Positions 37,946 to 48,563 are shown, counted from the stretch's first letter. The stretch: DNA of 64,000 nucleotides from an uncultured Verrucomicrobiota bacterium (GCA_903906135.1 CAIVJE010000114.1:78-64077); one strand, 5' to 3'. Numbers and translations are program-made. The notes: generated by a model not told the origin, from the sequence alone.

Positions 37946-40138
37946 TTAGGTAATTAAATCGGGGGGCACGTTGCTGAGGGCATCTTCCATGGTGGTGAGC
38001 CCCATTTTGACTTTCAGCATCGAATCTTGGTGAAGCGTCTTCATGCCATGTTTCATGCAGACACGTTTGAGATCGGCGACCTCGACTTCCTTGTTAATGG
38101 CTTCGACGATGGCCTCGCAGTTAACCATGAGTTCGTGAATGCCGACGCGGCCCTTGTAACCGTTACCGCCACAAATATGGCAGCCTCCCGGAGCCGCTTT
38201 ATAAATCTCAAAGGGACCCGCTTCGTCGAGTGCTTTGGTGAGCAGGGTGAGTTCGCGACCTTCTGGAACATACTTAACTTTACAATTTTTGCAGACACGG
38301 CGGAGCAGGCGCTGGGCGCAAACGGCGACCAGGGCAGCTGAGATGTTAAAGGGTTCGATGCCCATTTCGCCCATCCGTGCAACCGTCGAAGGCGCATCAT
38401 TGGTGTGCAGGGTGGAGACGAGTAAGTGACCGGTCAGCGCAGCTTCGCAGGCGATCTGCGCGGTTTCTTTATCGCGAATTTCACCGACCAAGATGATGTC
38501 AGGATCCATCCGAAGGTAACAACGCAGCGCGCGCTCAAAGGTTAAGCCGATCTGGCGGTTCATCTGCATCTGATTGATGCCCGCGAGGGTGTACTCGATG
38601 GGATCTTCGGCGGTCTGGATGTTTACATCGGGCGTATTTACTTCGCCGAGCGCCGAATAAAGGGTCATGGATTTACCCGAACCGGTCGGGCCGCAGTGTA
38701 AAATCATGCCGTAAGGCTGCCGGACGCACTCGCGATACTTGGCCAGATTTTCCTCCGAAAACCCGAGGGCGGTGAGCGGCAAAGTAGATTTTTGCTTATC
38801 CAGAATACGCATGACCACTTTCTCGCCGTGATTCATGGGGCCAGTCGCGACGCGTAGATCGATATCGATATTTTTTTTCGTAAATTTTTTGAAAATAATG
38901 CGGCCGTCCTGGGGGAGGCGGCGCTCCGAAATATCCAAATTACACATGATCTTCAAGCGCGCGACCATCGCAAAGGAGACCTGTTTCGGCAGGCGCATTT
39001 TCTCAATACACATGCCGTCAATGCGGTACCGGACCAACAAATCCTTCTCCATTGGTTCAACGTGAATATCTGACGCGCCGGAGACGTAAGCATCCTCGAT
39101 GATGCGGTTAGTGAGTTGAATGATGGGGGCGGAATCCTCGCTTTCGAGGTCCGCGGCCTTGATCTCACCAGTGCCGCCTTCGGTGTAAGCGCCGGCGATC
39201 AGATCCTTGACCTCATCGATATCTACTTCCGTGGCATCAGATTTTTTTGAGGCCGTGGAGTCTTTAAAATATTTCTTGAGCAGGACGTCGAGTAAGCTGG
39301 CCGGTATGACGCTGACTTCATCGATACTGAGCTCGGTTGCCATCGAGAACGCCTCCCGCTTGGCGTAGTCCAGCGGGTTGGTCATTAAGACTGAACAGGA
39401 GTTGGTTCCTGTTTTCTTGTAGGGGAAAATGCTCTCGCGCCGGATGATGGCATCACCAGTAATTTCGACGAGTTTCGCATCGATTTCGACCTCGTCTGGT
39501 TTGGTCACCAAGGGTAGTTCCGTGAACTTGGCGATAAATTTTGCCATGTCCTCGGGGGTCAGTTGGAACTTCGGATCCAACATACGCTGGATGAGAGTCG
39601 AGGAGTATTCCGCCACCTCGCTAAGCACGGCGAGGTCTTTGTCTGTGAATTGGCCATCAGTGCCGGCGGCCGGCTCCTTATTGAGGACTTGGATGGCGCC
39701 GATGATGATGTTCGTCTTGAGCGGGACCGTGAGCATCGAGTTGACCTCGAAGTCGACGTTCAAGTTTTTCAGACTCACGTCAGCAGATCCCTTGCTATTA
39801 AAAAATAGCGGTTTGCCCGTCGTGATAACCTTGCCGACGTTGCCAGTGCCCGCCGGTAATTTAAGGGTGAGTAGCTTTTTAGCCGTATCCCGGAACTGCA
39901 CTTCCTGGCCCGTATCACTACCCCAGAGGGTGGGCGAATAGTACACATGCTTGAAGGCGATTTCACCATTCTCGACGAGATAGAGCGTCATGGACTGCGC
40001 TTGGAGGGACTCCACTACCTTGCTCGCGGTGAGCTCGATGACCGTGTTAACGTCCTCGCGGCTAGGGGCCGGTTTGGAAATAACCTTGATGAGAAGAGAC
40101 CGCCGGAGCGTGCCGGTGAGAATGCTAGCGGTTGACAT
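37946..40138 (-). CDS. GspE/PilB-family secretion/pilus ATPase with an N-terminal GAF domain
   Basis: [17 protein letters not shown], Walker [40 protein letters not shown], Zn motifs CKNC/CHIC. N-terminal GAF signature [23 protein letters not shown]. Confidence 0.92.
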   Translation of the reverse strand: MSTASILTGTLRRSLLIKVISKPAPSREDVNTVIELTASKVVESLQAQSMTLYLVENGEIAFKHVYYSPTLWGSDTGQEVQFRDTAKKLLTLKLPAGTGNVGKVITTGKPLFFNSKGSADVSLKNLNVDFEVNSMLTVPLKTNIIIGAIQVLNKEPAAGTDGQFTDKDLAVLSEVAEYSSTLIQRMLDPKFQLTPEDMAKFIAKFTELPLVTKPDEVEIDAKLVEITGDAIIRRESIFPYKKTGTNSCSVLMTNPLDYAKREAFSMATELSIDEVSVIPASLLDVLLKKYFKDSTASKKSDATEVDIDEVKDLIAGAYTEGGTGEIKAADLESEDSAPIIQLTNRIIEDAYVSGASDIHVEPMEKDLLVRYRIDGMCIEKMRLPKQVSFAMVARLKIMCNLDISERRLPQDGRIIFKKFTKKNIDIDLRVATGPMNHGEKVVMRILDKQKSTLPLTALGFSEENLAKYRECVRQPYGMILHCGPTGSGKSMTLYSALGEVNTPDVNIQTAEDPIEYTLAGINQMQMNRQIGLTFERALRCYLRMDPDIILVGEIRDKETAQIACEAALTGHLLVSTLHTNDAPSTVARMGEMGIEPFNISAALVAVCAQRLLRRVCKNCKVKYVPEGRELTLLTKALDEAGPFEIYKAAPGGCHICGGNGYKGRVGIHELMVNCEAIVEAINKEVEVADLKRVCMKHGMKTLHQDSMLKVKMGLTTMEDALSNVPPDLIT

Positions 40139-40250
40139 GAGTGGTGGAGGGCGAACTGGGAAAAAGTAGGGCTGATAAATATTCGCTGCCCATTAAAAAC
40201 GCTCTTGCTTGTATGAGCGTTTTTTTGCGTGGTCGAGGGAGAATTTACCG

Positions 40251-40730
40251 ATGCTACACTGGCTCAAAGAAAAATGGGAAAAATTGAAGCGGCCCAAAAC
40301 GCTCACCACGCGGGCGGTGGCGGGGGCCCGGGGCGAGCACGCGGCGGCAGATTTTTTAAAAAGCCGGCACGGTTTTGCGGTGTTGGTCCAAAATTGGCGG
40401 AACCCGCGTGATTTGCGTGATGAAATTGATCTGGTTTGTCGTGACGGGGAGGTGCTGGTGTTCGTCGAGGTAAAAGCCCGGGCGGTCGGAGCGCTCGTTA
40501 CGGGTTATTATGCGGTGGATGAGCGCAAGAAACGTGCGCTGCGGCGCTCGGTGCACGCTTATCTTGCGGCGCTCTCGACGCCGCCACGGACTTTTCGCTT
40601 CGATGTGGTGGAGGTCACTCTTAGTGGCCGTTTACCTCCGCAGGTGATGCACTACGCTAATGCCCCTCTTTTTCCGGCTGGTTATCATGTTGCCCGGCAG
40701 AGCAGTTCGTTGGGCGAAGGCGCGCTTTAG
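40251..40730 (+). CDS. yraN: YraN family (UPF0102) putative endonuclease
   Basis: GARGEHAAADFL, NWR, EIDLV, LVFVEVKAR, RFDVV; ATG at 40251. Confidence 0.88.
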   Translation: MLHWLKEKWEKLKRPKTLTTRAVAGARGEHAAADFLKSRHGFAVLVQNWRNPRDLRDEIDLVCRDGEVLVFVEVKARAVGALVTGYYAVDERKKRALRRSVHAYLAALSTPPRTFRFDVVEVTLSGRLPPQVMHYANAPLFPAGYHVARQSSSLGEGAL

Positions 40731-40805
40731 GCAGGCTGTCATACTGGGGTTGCGCCGCGGGAAAAACCTTGCGGGTAACTCGCATCAGAATGACCTTGCG
40801 GACGC

Positions 40806-42347
40806 ATGGCGGAAGAATCACGGCATCCTTTTTTGCATGGTCTCAGTAAGCACCGCGGCTCGCCGCCTACCGTTATAGTTATTTTTGGGGCATCGGGGGA
40901 TTTAACTGCGCGAAAATTAATTCCGGCTATTTACAATCTTGCCCATGATGGGCTGTTGCCGGCGGACTTTTATTTGATCGGGATTGGGCGAAAGCCGATT
41001 TCCGATGAGGAATTTCAGCAGATCGCGGTTGAGGCGATTAAGGAGTTTTCGCGCCGTGAGTTGAACGCTGAAGTTTGGGCCCGCCTCGCGCAACGCACGT
41101 TCTATCTGAGCGGCGGCTATGATGAACCAGCCGCCTATGATCGGCTGGCGCAGCGCATTGTGGCGCTGGAACATGAGGTCGGTCAGCCCCTGCAGTCCTT
41201 GTTCTATATCTCCACGCCGCCATCAGTTTTTTCGCCAATCTTAAAAAACCTAGGAGCGAGTGGGTTGGCGGCGCGCTACGCGCAGCGAGCGCAGCAGACG
41301 AAGGTGATCATTGAGAAACCTTTTGGCCGTGATCTCACCAGTGCGCAGGCGCTCAATCAGGAGCTGACGACGGTATTCACCGAGGCCCAGGTCTTCCGGA
41401 TCGACCATTACCTCGGAAAGGAAACCGTGCAGGATCTGCTCGTGCAGCGCTTCGCGAATTCGATTTTTGAGCCGCTCTGGAATCACCATTATATTGAATC
41501 AGTGCAGATCACCGTCGCCGAAGAGGTGGGGGTCGGTTCCCGTGCTGGCTATTATGAGCAGAGCGGATGTTTGCGCGATATGATCCAGAATCACACCCTG
41601 CAACTCCTCGCTTTGATGGCGATGGAGCCTCCGGTCTCTTTTGATCCCGAATCGATTCGCGACGAAAAAGTAAAATTGCTCGCGGCCATTCAGCCGCTGC
41701 AACTCGGCGGCGACGCCCCAGACGTAGCCCGCGCTCAATATGCGGCGGGCATGATTGCCGGCGAGGCCGTGCCGGGCTATCTTGCCGAGCCAGCCGTTCA
41801 GGCTAACTCGGCCACCGAAACTTACGCGGCCCTGCGGTTAAGTATTAATAACGCTCGCTGGCAGGGCGTGCCATTTTATTTACGCTCAGGCAAGCGATTG
41901 GCTCGGCGAGTTAGCGAAATCTCTATTCGTTTCAAACGCGCCCCAGGAAATATTTTCGCCGAGTCGGAGCGCTTCCACCTCGCGCCCAACACCCTCTCTT
42001 TTCAAATTCAACCGGATGAGGGATTAAGTCTCATCCTAAATGCTAAGGTCCCGGGTTTGGAGACCCGGACGCAGCCGGTGAAGATGAATTTTCGCTACGC
42101 CACTACTTTTGGCTCCAACACCCCGGAGGCTTATGAACGCCTCGTGCTCGATGCTATGATTGGTGATGGGACCCTCTTCATCCGGGGTGATGAAACTGAA
42201 CGCTCGTGGCAATTGATTGCTCCGCTGCTCGATTATTGGGCGAAGCAGGGCCGCGCAGGACTCGAGACTTATCCGGCCGGATCATGGGGCCCAGCGAACG
42301 CCGCCGCCTTGCTGAAGGCTAACGGCCATACCTGGAGAGAGCCGTGA
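40806..42347 (+). CDS. zwf: Glucose-6-phosphate 1-dehydrogenase
   Basis: IFGASGDL, EKPFG, RIDHYLGKE, RDMIQNH, WQGVPFYLRSGKRL, YPAGSWGP. Confidence 0.97.
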   Translation: MAEESRHPFLHGLSKHRGSPPTVIVIFGASGDLTARKLIPAIYNLAHDGLLPADFYLIGIGRKPISDEEFQQIAVEAIKEFSRRELNAEVWARLAQRTFYLSGGYDEPAAYDRLAQRIVALEHEVGQPLQSLFYISTPPSVFSPILKNLGASGLAARYAQRAQQTKVIIEKPFGRDLTSAQALNQELTTVFTEAQVFRIDHYLGKETVQDLLVQRFANSIFEPLWNHHYIESVQITVAEEVGVGSRAGYYEQSGCLRDMIQNHTLQLLALMAMEPPVSFDPESIRDEKVKLLAAIQPLQLGGDAPDVARAQYAAGMIAGEAVPGYLAEPAVQANSATETYAALRLSINNARWQGVPFYLRSGKRLARRVSEISIRFKRAPGNIFAESERFHLAPNTLSFQIQPDEGLSLILNAKVPGLETRTQPVKMNFRYATTFGSNTPEAYERLVLDAMIGDGTLFIRGDETERSWQLIAPLLDYWAKQGRAGLETYPAGSWGPANAAALLKANGHTWREP

Positions 42348-42464
42348 GCGCAGGGAAGCATGCAACCTCTTCGCTAAGTAAGTCGGCTTTGCTCGAGGCG
42401 GCCCTACGGCCACCGGATTTTTTTTGTTCCCTCAACCTCGCTCCTCCTTATTTTATATCTGACC

Positions 42465-43430
42465 ATGCCTGCCTGCTTTAATGCCTTGCCGGGGATGGAG
42501 GTTCCCGTTGGGGCCATCGCGCGGGGGTTTGATCAGCTCTGGGCTGAGCCTAATGTCAGTGCGCAAAAGGCGCTGCAGCTCAATCTGGTGCTGCATTTGG
42601 GCATCGCCACTAAGCCCACTGATGCCGTTGAGCAGTTCGCCGTCGCCCAACGATTGGCGCAGCGTTATCCGTGTCGGGTTGTCGTGTTATGTCCGATTGA
42701 ATCGGCCGAAAGTCCGCTCAAGATTAGGGCTAAAATTTACGGCGAATGTTTTTTTGGAAAATCCAAAGACGATACGCGCTGCGTCGAATTTGTCGCCCTG
42801 AGTTACCCGCCTGCCGCCAAAGCTTATTTGCAGGATCAAGTGTCCGTGTGTCTCTCGACTGACCTGCCCCTTTATTATTGGGCTCATCGATTTACTTCCA
42901 GCAAACGGATGAGTGATTACCAATATTTACTCACGCGGGCGCAGCGGGTGATGTTCGACAGCGCCATCGTTTCGCCCGACGCGCTGAGCTTTGCCTGGCC
43001 AAATATTTCGGCCGTCCGTGACCTCGCCTACACCCGTACGCTGGCGCTGCGCCAGAATCTCGGGCAATATCTTAGCCGATACGCCCCAGAACTGATAATC
43101 ACAGGATTGCGACAAGTCACCATTCGGCATCGGGGGTCGCTTTCCGCCGAGGCCAATTGTTTGCTGAATTGGGTTAAGAAAGGGCTCGGGCGTTCTGGGG
43201 CGAGTGAAAATGCTGAGCTTATTTTCACCGTGCAGCCGTTAGCGAGTGCCGGTGGTCTTTCCCTCGAGTTTAGGTATGCCACTTCCGATAAAATGTTCCG
43301 CTGGACGGCTGATTTGGATAAAAACTGGGCTGAATTCACGAGTGATCTTGGCACAGGTAGATCCACCCAGATCGTCGGCGCGCACTTGTTATCCCCCGAG
43401 TTGGCACTGAGTGAAGCCATGTTTTGCTAA
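42465..43430 (+). CDS. opcA: OpcA-like G6PDH assembly/activator protein
   Basis: Directly follows zwf; EVPVGAI…QLW, YPCRVVVL, DLPLYYW, FDS, DLAYTR. Confidence 0.75.
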   Translation: MPACFNALPGMEVPVGAIARGFDQLWAEPNVSAQKALQLNLVLHLGIATKPTDAVEQFAVAQRLAQRYPCRVVVLCPIESAESPLKIRAKIYGECFFGKSKDDTRCVEFVALSYPPAAKAYLQDQVSVCLSTDLPLYYWAHRFTSSKRMSDYQYLLTRAQRVMFDSAIVSPDALSFAWPNISAVRDLAYTRTLALRQNLGQYLSRYAPELIITGLRQVTIRHRGSLSAEANCLLNWVKKGLGRSGASENAELIFTVQPLASAGGLSLEFRYATSDKMFRWTADLDKNWAEFTSDLGTGRSTQIVGAHLLSPELALSEAMFC

Positions 43431-43437
43431 TCGGTGC

Positions 43438-44868
43438 TTACCGCCCGTCCGGTGCGATGAGGGTGATCGCCTTCTGGCCAGCCGCAAAGGCGGCGGCATT
43501 CACCGGCTGCCACGTTGGCCGATCTTTCAAGAGATGGCGCATGGTCTCAAGAATCGCTAGGGGTGGAAGCAATTCGGTCACGGCCTGCAGAGCTCCGAGC
43601 GCTACCATATTTTTCACTAAGGGGCTCCCGAGTTCACGCGCGAGTTGGGTGAAGGGCACGGCGAAGATCCGGCGATTAGCTGGCAGATCCCGGGGTGCGG
43701 GTATAACAGTGCAATCGTATAAAATAATTCCGCCGGTGACTACCGTGGGCGCAAATTTAGCGAGGCTCGGGCTGTTGAAGGCGATGAGTATATCTGGTTC
43801 AGGTGCGGCGGGATTTAAGACTTCATCCGCGGCAAGGTGGACATCCGCATAGGAAGTCCCGCCGCGGCTTTCCGGTCCGTAGCTGGGGATATTCGTGGCA
43901 TCGAAGCCCTGTTCAATCGCCGCACGAGTTAAGAGGAGTGCGGCGGTTTGCGCGCCATCACCACCGGCTCCTGCAAATTTAAAACTTAAGTCGCGCGCGG
44001 TGAGCTGTGCTGGCCATGGGCACGGGGGCGGCGCTGACCGAGTTCGTTCCGCGCCGCACAGACCAAGAATTTCCTCCGGAATGTAGCGCGGCGGAGCTGG
44101 GTGGAACCATGGTTCGCCAGTTTTGTTTTTTTTAACACCGAGCGGGTAGATGGGCTCCATTTTTTCTTTTACCCATTTTTCTGATTCAGTAGGTGATAAT
44201 TTCAGGTGGGTCGGACATTCGCTCAGGATTTCGATGAAGGCATAGCCGCGGCCTTCCTGTTGTAAGGTGAGCGCATGCTTAATGGCCTGGCGGGCAATCC
44301 GCCGTTGGCGGGCATCGTAGAGAGCGACGCGTTCCACGTAGACGGGTCCATCTAGCGTGGCAATGAGCTCGGCCATTTTGAGCGGTTGGCCCATCGCGAG
44401 GGTGCGACCTTCAGGACTGGTTGTCGTCTTCTGACCCATCAGTGTGGTTGGCGCGAGCTGGCCACCGGTCATACCGTAGATGGCGTTATTGATGAAAATC
44501 ACGGTGATCGGTAGTCCCATTTGAGCGAGCGAGAGCGTTTCCGCCAAGCCGATCGAGGCGAGATCCCCGTCGCCTTGGTAGCAAATGACGACTGCGTTTG
44601 GGTGGGCTAGTTTGTGGCCGAGCGCGACCGCGGGCGCCCGGCCATGAGCCGCCTGAGTGTTGCCGACATTGAAATAATAATGCGCAAACACCGCGCAGCC
44701 CACTGGGCTCACCAAAATCACCCGATCTTGTAGAGCGAGTTCATCGATCACGGCGGCGAGATCGCGATGAGCCACGCCGTGACCGCAACCTGCACAGTAG
44801 TGTGTAGTGTGACCTTTGAGTCCTTCGCCATGAGCGTGGCGGGAAAAATTATTATAAAATACACTCAT
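43438..44868 (-). CDS. 2-oxoacid:ferredoxin oxidoreductase, beta-gamma fusion subunit
   Basis: Beta part: YCAGCGHG, PVGC, HGRA, TPP motif GDGDLASIG…NNAIYGMTGGQ, SECPT. Gamma part: AGAGGDG, SYGPESRGG, NMVALGA. ATG at 44868 overlaps the upstream stop. Confidence 0.92.
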   Translation of the reverse strand: MSVFYNNFSRHAHGEGLKGHTTHYCAGCGHGVAHRDLAAVIDELALQDRVILVSPVGCAVFAHYYFNVGNTQAAHGRAPAVALGHKLAHPNAVVICYQGDGDLASIGLAETLSLAQMGLPITVIFINNAIYGMTGGQLAPTTLMGQKTTTSPEGRTLAMGQPLKMAELIATLDGPVYVERVALYDARQRRIARQAIKHALTLQQEGRGYAFIEILSECPTHLKLSPTESEKWVKEKMEPIYPLGVKKNKTGEPWFHPAPPRYIPEEILGLCGAERTRSAPPPCPWPAQLTARDLSFKFAGAGGDGAQTAALLLTRAAIEQGFDATNIPSYGPESRGGTSYADVHLAADEVLNPAAPEPDILIAFNSPSLAKFAPTVVTGGIILYDCTVIPAPRDLPANRRIFAVPFTQLARELGSPLVKNMVALGALQAVTELLPPLAILETMRHLLKDRPTWQPVNAAAFAAGQKAITLIAPDGR

Positions 44869-46265
44869 ACTGGCCCCCCGGTGTTTTCGCGGATGCAATC
44901 GAGGATTTCCTCTTGGCTGGGGAGGACGCCGCCGTAATGGCGCACGTGAGTAATCGGCGGAGGACTGATCCCCGCATGGCTGAGCGCAAGCCGGAGTTCA
45001 TCTTCTAATTGACCAGGACTACCCTCAACGATGATCAACTGATCGATGTGTGGCAGCAGCGTCGTGAGCGCCGCAATTGGGAAGGGCCACAAGGTGATCG
45101 GGCGAAAGAGGCCGGCCTTATAGCCCAAAGCGCGGGCATCCTCAATCGCTCCTTTCGCCATCCGCGCCGGAGTGTTGCAAGCGACCACGAGCTGACGTGC
45201 ATCCGCGCAACGATAGCAATCCGCCCGTTGTTCATGCGCAGAAATGTAAGCGTATTTATCGTTGAGCTTACGATTGTGGGCTTCGAGGTCATCTTCTGAG
45301 AGTTCGATGGAGCAAATGAGATTATGGCGGTGAGCACGATCGCCGGAAACTGCCCACGCAGGCAGACCCACTCGTTTCATTTCGGCAGGGAGTTTGACGA
45401 TCCCCGTCATTTGACCGAGATAACCGTCACCGAGAACCACGACGGGATTGCGGTAAAGAAAACTTAGCTCGAAAGCCTGACGGGTGAGCTCGAGCATTTC
45501 TTGGGGGGTACTCGGCGCGAGCACGAGCGCATGCGTGTTGCCATGACCCAGGCCCCGACAGGCTAATTTGATATCGGCCTGTTCGGGGCCGAGATTTCCG
45601 AGACCGGGACCCCCGCGCATGAGGTTGACAAATACGCCCGGCACTTCGGCTCCAATCATGTAGCTAATGCCTTCGAGCATCAGGCTGAAGCCCGGTCCGC
45701 TGGTAAAAGTGATGCAAGGGACGCCGGCCCCCCCAGCGCCATACATCATATTGACCGCGGCGGTTTCACTAACGGCTTGAATAAAATGCCCACCAATTTT
45801 CGGGAGAATTTTTGCCATCAGCTCAGAAGCTTCTGTGCTCGGGGTTATGGGATAGCCGAAAACATGACGACACCCCGCCAAGAGCGCGCCGATCGCCGAA
45901 GCGTAAGAACCCTTAAGCACGAGTGGTTCGCACGGGGGGAGGGGAATCGTTTCGTCGGGTTCATCACCTTCAGAATAGTTTGGGACAATTTTAGGCCCAA
46001 AAAGAGCGGCGGGATCTTCCAGTTCAAAGTCTAGCACACTCGCAAATGATTCAGTTGTGGGGCGCAAGCCGAACGGCTCAGGACAAGCGGCCATGCAAAG
46101 ACCGCAGCCATTACAATTTTCAAGGTGAAGTTCGACTGGTATCAAACCGGTTTCGGGATTGATGACGGTTCCCGGGGTGATGCAGGCACGCGGACAAGCT
46201 TCAATGCAGCGCAGGCAGCTCTTACAATATTCTGGCTCGAGGAATGGACGGGGGCGCGGCGACAT
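44865..46265 (-). CDS. 2-oxoacid:ferredoxin oxidoreductase, ferredoxin(delta)-alpha fusion (Vor-like)
   Basis: Two CxxCxxCxxxCP motifs (CKSCLRCIEACP, CNGCGLCMAACP), then GYPITP, TSGPGFSLMLEG, RGGPGLG, RPITLWPFP; start at ATG 46265. Confidence 0.92.
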   Translation of the reverse strand: MSPRPRPFLEPEYCKSCLRCIEACPRACITPGTVINPETGLIPVELHLENCNGCGLCMAACPEPFGLRPTTESFASVLDFELEDPAALFGPKIVPNYSEGDEPDETIPLPPCEPLVLKGSYASAIGALLAGCRHVFGYPITPSTEASELMAKILPKIGGHFIQAVSETAAVNMMYGAGGAGVPCITFTSGPGFSLMLEGISYMIGAEVPGVFVNLMRGGPGLGNLGPEQADIKLACRGLGHGNTHALVLAPSTPQEMLELTRQAFELSFLYRNPVVVLGDGYLGQMTGIVKLPAEMKRVGLPAWAVSGDRAHRHNLICSIELSEDDLEAHNRKLNDKYAYISAHEQRADCYRCADARQLVVACNTPARMAKGAIEDARALGYKAGLFRPITLWPFPIAALTTLLPHIDQLIIVEGSPGQLEDELRLALSHAGISPPPITHVRHYGGVLPSQEEILDCIRENTGGPV

Positions 46266-46471
46266 CGATAGGCGGAAACTTCGCGGTGGACCGCGAGGCA
46301 TCCAGTGGAATGCTTGTTTACTAAGATACGGCCCCGTCCTTCAAAACGCTGTGCATGCCTTGTCCGAGGTGGCGCGGAACTTGAATATCCCGATTACTCC
46401 AAAAGGGGTAAGCCATGCGGTCGCGATGCCGCTAGTAACCTTACGCTAACAGACTGGGCCCCGGTACGACT

Positions 46472-47755
46472 TTAATCGGTTACCTTCAGCACCACGTAGC
46501 TTTTTTTGCCTTTACGCAGGAGGAGATATTTTCCGAATAGCAAATCACTCGCAGTGACGAGCTTCGTGTGGTCAGCCACCCGGATGTTATTTAAATAAAT
46601 GCCACCCGCTTCGAGATCCTTCCGGGCGGCGCCTTTGGAAGGGGCCAAGCCAGATAGGACAATCAGCTCAGTCATAGCTGCCCCCGGGCCGGCGAGCGTA
46701 TCTTTAGCCAACTCTTTCGTCGGCACTTCGCCGACGATATCTTGAAATAGAGCGGCGTTGATCCCCTCGAGCGATCCACCGAAAAGAATTTCCGTCGCCT
46801 TTAAGGCCGAGGCGACGGCCTCCTCGCCGTGCACAAGCGTGGTCATGGCTTGCGCGAGAGTTTTTTGGGCAACGCGCCCGCCGGGGTTGGCTTTAAGTTC
46901 ACTCTCGAGTGTAGCGATCTCAGCTTGCGAGAGAAAAGTCAGCGTCTTGAGCAGCTTGACTACATCAGCGTCATCCGTGTTGACGAAAAATTGGTAGAAA
47001 CGATAGGGACTGGTTTTTTGGGGATCCAGCCAGACCGTTCCAGTGGCGGTTTTCCCATATTTGGAGCCATCCGCTTTCGTCAGCAGAGGGAACACGAGGC
47101 CCCAGACGGTCGCGCCAAGTTTTTTGCGAGTTAGTTCCGTCCCAACGGTAATATTGCCCCACTGGTCCGTGGCGCCGACTTGCAGCTCACAGTTAAAAAC
47201 TTTTTTGAGATGTTGAAAATCAAAGCCCTGCAGCAGCATGTAGCTGAATTCGGTAAAGCTGATTCCGGTGCTCCGATCTTCCATGCGCGATCGGACAGAA
47301 TCCTTGGCGATCATGGAATTAACCGTGAGGTGCTTGCCGATGTCGCGAAGAAATTCGAGAAAAGTGACTTGGCCGGTCCAGTCATAATTATTGACGAGGC
47401 GGGCCGGGTTATGCGCGCCGGTGAAATCCAAAAAGCGTGCTAGCTGAGGTTTAATGCACGCGAGATTATGCTCAAGTTGGGCGGGGGTCTGCAGGTTGCG
47501 CTCATCTGATTTTCCCGAAGGATCGCCGACCATGCCGGTGGCACCACCGGCGAGGGCGATTGGATGGTGCCCGTGCAGTTGAAAACGACGCAACGCTAGG
47601 AGCGGGACGAGGTTGCCGACATGCAAGGAATCGGCGGTGGGATCAAAACCGCAATAGAGCGTGATGGGGCCTTCGGCTAGGCGCTTTGTGAGCGCCTCGC
47701 GGTCAGTGCAGTCGGCGTAGAGTCCTCGCCATTCTAGTTCGTCCAAAATCGTCAT
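46472..47755 (-). CDS. tyrS: Tyrosine--tRNA ligase
   Basis: YCGFDPTADSLHVGN, FSYMLLQGFDF, DQWGNI, KYGKT, S4-like C-terminus ending RKGKK. Confidence 0.97.
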   Translation of the reverse strand: MTILDELEWRGLYADCTDREALTKRLAEGPITLYCGFDPTADSLHVGNLVPLLALRRFQLHGHHPIALAGGATGMVGDPSGKSDERNLQTPAQLEHNLACIKPQLARFLDFTGAHNPARLVNNYDWTGQVTFLEFLRDIGKHLTVNSMIAKDSVRSRMEDRSTGISFTEFSYMLLQGFDFQHLKKVFNCELQVGATDQWGNITVGTELTRKKLGATVWGLVFPLLTKADGSKYGKTATGTVWLDPQKTSPYRFYQFFVNTDDADVVKLLKTLTFLSQAEIATLESELKANPGGRVAQKTLAQAMTTLVHGEEAVASALKATEILFGGSLEGINAALFQDIVGEVPTKELAKDTLAGPGAAMTELIVLSGLAPSKGAARKDLEAGGIYLNNIRVADHTKLVTASDLLFGKYLLLRKGKKSYVVLKVTD

Positions 47756-47992
47756 GGAATGATCGCTGTTATCAGCGGCGGTGATCGGAGTGGCAAGGGG
47801 GATTTCTGGACGTCGCTGGGTCGCAAGACCGCGCGGTTATACTAGTAGAACTTATACGCGACCTGCTTGTTTTATTAACTACCTTCATAACTACCTAAAA
47901 TGGGTTGCCGGCCAGAGGCGGGTGGTAATAGTATTTTTCTTCCACGCGACGGGTCGCCGTCGTTCAACCATAATTCACTAATCCGCTTCTCT

Positions 47993-48466
47993 ATGCCTAT
48001 TGCTATCGGTTCCAAAGCCCCAGATTTCACCCTTAAGTCCAAAGCCGCAGATGGTCTAAAAGACGTCACTCTCAGCGCTAATTTTGGCCAGAAGCAGACC
48101 GTTCTCCTTTTCTTCCCCTTGGCCTTCACGGGGGTCTGCACCCAAGAAATGTGCGATATCACCAGCGGCTTATCGGCCTATGCCAGTCTCGGGGCCGACG
48201 TGATTGCGATCAGTGTAGACAGTCCCTTTGCTCAAGAAGCCTGGGCGAAAGCTAATAAAATTACGGTCACGATCGTCAGCGACCTCAATAAAACAGTTAC
48301 GAAGGCTTATGATGTGGTCTTCCCGATGCTCGCTGGCGTGGGTGATACTTCCGCGCGCGCGGCCTTCGTTATCGGCAAGGATGGGGTGATCAAATATGCG
48401 GAGCAGACCGCGACGCCGAAGGATTTGCCAAATTTTGCTGCCGTTAAAGCCGCCCTGGCCCAGTAA
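47993..48466 (+). CDS. Peroxiredoxin (AhpE/BCP-like)
   Basis: GSKAPDFTL, FFPLAFTGVCTQEMC, ISVDS, SD, RAAFVIGKDG; ATG at 47993. Confidence 0.9.
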   Translation: MPIAIGSKAPDFTLKSKAADGLKDVTLSANFGQKQTVLLFFPLAFTGVCTQEMCDITSGLSAYASLGADVIAISVDSPFAQEAWAKANKITVTIVSDLNKTVTKAYDVVFPMLAGVGDTSARAAFVIGKDGVIKYAEQTATPKDLPNFAAVKAALAQ

Positions 48467-48563
48467 TTTTCAGGGTCGAGCCTGCTGGTTTGCGCTGATT
48501 GATTCTAGCTAGCCAGCAGCTCGTCCCTTATCCGTTTCCGTCATCCGCCTAGTGTAATTTTCC

